Source: Podarcis filfolensis (Eukaryota). From it: a stretch of 64,000 bases of DNA. The stretch's first letter is position 1; every line of letters starts with the position of its first letter. Made by a program: the position numbers and the translations under genes. Below are positions 61,487-64,000 of the stretch, piece after piece. Under the pieces are notes generated by a model. The model saw nothing but the letters and a program-made list of their open reading frames with translations. It did not search any database and had not been told where the DNA came from. The stretch is from NCBI GenBank assembly GCA_964270895.1, contig OZ185444.1; one strand, written 5' to 3'.

Positions 61487-62170
61487 AAAAGTTTTTTTAG
61501 GCATATTTACAAACAAACAAACAAACCAATAAGGTACACACACTTAACTACAAAATAAACCAACAAATTAAGAAGAAAAAGTAAGGAGAAAAGGAGCATA
61601 CAATACCACACCCGTGTGACTTCCCTCCACCAGCTTTCGTCATCTTTGAATCATATAAATTCTTTTTTACATTGCATATCATTTACCACTGTAATTACTT
61701 ATTTTATGGTATTATTATAACATTAGGTCATCCTTACAGACTTAGTCTAAACATATCAGCATGTTATCTTTAGAGCAGTGTTTGTTCATGTAATCTTCGA
61801 ACGATAGCCATTGTGCCCTTAATTCCTGTTGAGTCTTTTAGACAAAACAAGTGGTATATAATTGGCAAGACTGTTTTGGAGGAGCAAGCCTGGTTCCAGG
61901 GCATGGCTCTTCATTTCCTCTTATACAGTGATACAGTTGTGGAGAGTTAAATTCTGCACTTTGGAAGGCCATTGCAGTAGGAATACTGTATTCCTCCAGC
62001 TGCCTGAAAGTAGGTGATCTGAACTATTCTCAAAGGAGCATACAGGCATGCATTATTCCTTCTACGTCTGTCTTTCAAATTCTTCCACCCTACAGACCGC
62101 TCTAAAGTTTTTTTCAGCAAATATTATCTAAAATATGTGCGGCATCCCGTCTCAGTAGTTCTGCATAGTT
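61487..62170 (-). mobile_element. Old L1 3' end
   Basis: The minus strand gives an ORF2-end-like KTQQELRAQWLSFEDYMNKHCSKDNMLICLD*, then an L1-type 3' UTR and A/T tail. Confidence 0.55.
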
Positions 62171-64000
62171 GCATCAGTGATAAGGATGGGTTGAGCTAAC
62201 ATATTAAGAGAAGCTTGACCTGCTTTGCTGTCTGGCAGTTACACTCCCACTGCTAGAACTTTACAAGGTCATGATATGCAATAGTTTAGAGATCTGCTGG
62301 AATATTCAGTTCCCCTAAGTTCCTACTTTCAATGCTCAGACTCGAGACCAAGTTGCACATCATGCAGAACTGTGCTTTGATCTTCCAAAGCCATTTTATT
62401 TTATTAAAAGTAGATGTTGGGGCCACCAACTTGGATCAGGGTTATGGCACTGATTAATCACTTATTATGTGGGGGATTAAACACATCCCCAACTAAAACA
62501 CCCCCATAAACTACTGTTAGCATCAAGGTGAGGAAGGAAAGACTGATACACACAGAGTTTGGTAACAAGCATAACAAACAAACAGTCCTCAAAAAATGAG
62601 ATCAGTTGTTTGATTGTTTTCTTCATCAAAACAAATACACTTGGATATTCTTGGTGCCTGGTCTTAGAAGCATTCTTATTATTTCTGCAGCAGAACCATT
62701 GGCCTTTCTGAAGCCTGCAGCGTGATAAAAAAAGAATGAGCAGTGGAACCATGCTGGAGTCAGCAAGATAGTTGGTTTAGTTTTCTCCCTTGTTCAACCC
62801 CAGAGACACATAACACGTCTTCACTTCCCTAATGTTTTGCTGTGCTGACTTGTATTTTATTGGCCTTATGAACTGGCTTTTAACCTTGTGTGTAATTTTA
62901 TAGGCAAGGCCAGGGCTTTTTTTCAGCTGGAACTCAACTTGTCATTCCTCAACTTTTCTGAGAGCAGGCTTCCCTAAAAATATTAATTGCCTATTGCCTA
63001 CTTAAATCCTAGCATTGAGCTCCATCCCCTCCCCCTCCCGCGTGACCTTATATCCATACTTCAAAACTTTCATGAAAAGCTTGGTTGGCATAAGGTTTTC
63101 ATATAAATCTGCCAAGTATTTATTCTGAACATTGTGTGAATGAATCATAAGCTCATTAATTGTGACATATAGCTTAATACAACGTAAAGGCAGTTTGCAG
63201 TCCAAGAAAACATCTTACTAAAAGTGTGTTATTGCAGCTCTAAGATAGTCATCTATTTAAGTGTACATTTTTTAAATAATATGTGATTTGAAAAATGATT
63301 TTCACCCAGCTTTTCTGTACCAAATATGTCAGCCCATCCCCCCCATCCAAATTCTTAAGGCTGTGAGTGCATTAGACCAAATCCATTGGTAAGTTGTGCA
63401 TGGAATGAACAATGCTGTAGAACAGCAGCTACATCATAGTGTTGCTGTGTGGAGTTCCTCAAGTCATTCCTCCCTACCACGACCTGCAAGAAGCTTCCAT
63501 AATAAATAAAAGTATTTTATATGTATTATTTATATAACATAAAAATGAGCAGAGTCAATACTTATTGCTTTAAAGTGCTGTAACTGTTAGTCACAAGGTT
63601 AGCATCTAGGGCAAAATCTTTCACCCAGACGCCACTTCAAGTACTGTATAGTTGTATCTAGAGCGGAAATACACTGCAACTCTTAGCAGTACACAGCAGA
63701 GCTACCTAAGAATTTAGGACTAGGAAGTAAAAAAACACCCTTTTCATTTAAAACTATCAGGGGATTTGGTTAGGCAGAGGGTAATTATCCAGCTAATTAT
63801 CTGCAGAGCCACTACATTAGCCTCCCTAAATCCTTCTTTAAATTCATCTCTGCTGCAACACTTGTAATGGCTACTCATTTGATATGCTGTGGAATTCTGC
63901 AATATTAAGCATACTTATTTCAGTCTTTCCTCCCCCTCTCTGCTCACTACCTATTGTACCTATCTGCTGTGGTTCTTAATGTGTGATAATTCAGTAATGG

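Larger units (their letters stand above)
49969..64000 (+). other. MAGI2: MAGI2 intron 1 (continues beyond the window)
   Basis: GT donor at 49969. No sequence encoding the expected next residues (GIVDKDLRHYL...) was seen downstream. Repeat-rich and AT-rich. Confidence 0.85.

Noticed and set aside
1-64000. CRISPR arrays, rRNA, prokaryote-type operons
   Set aside because: None seen; the window is vertebrate nuclear DNA and its tandem repeats lack unique spacers.

Overview
Eukaryotic genomic DNA from a squamate reptile, probably a lacertid lizard (inferred from the Sauria SINE, Bov-B, Squam-type SINEs, CR1, L2, L1 and Penelope repeats). The only host protein-coding sequence I can support is the first coding exon of MAGI2 (PDZ0 domain, + strand, 49665-49968, GT donor at 49969). 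It lies in a CpG-island promoter and is followed by about 14 kb of intron 1. The first ~48 kb is a gene-free upstream region dense in transposable elements; almost all other ORF-track entries are spurious or TE fragments. Highlights: (1) a four-level nested insertion at 32.6-37.9 kb (old L1, then a Tc1/mariner-type MITE, then a 2.1-kb L1-like element, then a 1.1-kb L1-like element), with every layer bounded by a readable target-site duplication (TSD). (2) Three short, apparently full-length but RT-less L1 derivatives, suggesting a class of non-autonomous L1 parasites; one starts almost exactly like human L1HS (G-run plus YY1 site) and has a near-consensus palindromic CTCF site at its junction. 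(3) A Penelope-like element with an uninterrupted GIY-YIG frame missed by the ORF track, an inverted 5' pLTR piece and a minimal hammerhead ribozyme. (4) A strong-Kozak uORF in the MAGI2 leader and a CCAAT/GC-box cluster in intron 1. Family names come from motif recognition, not database searches.
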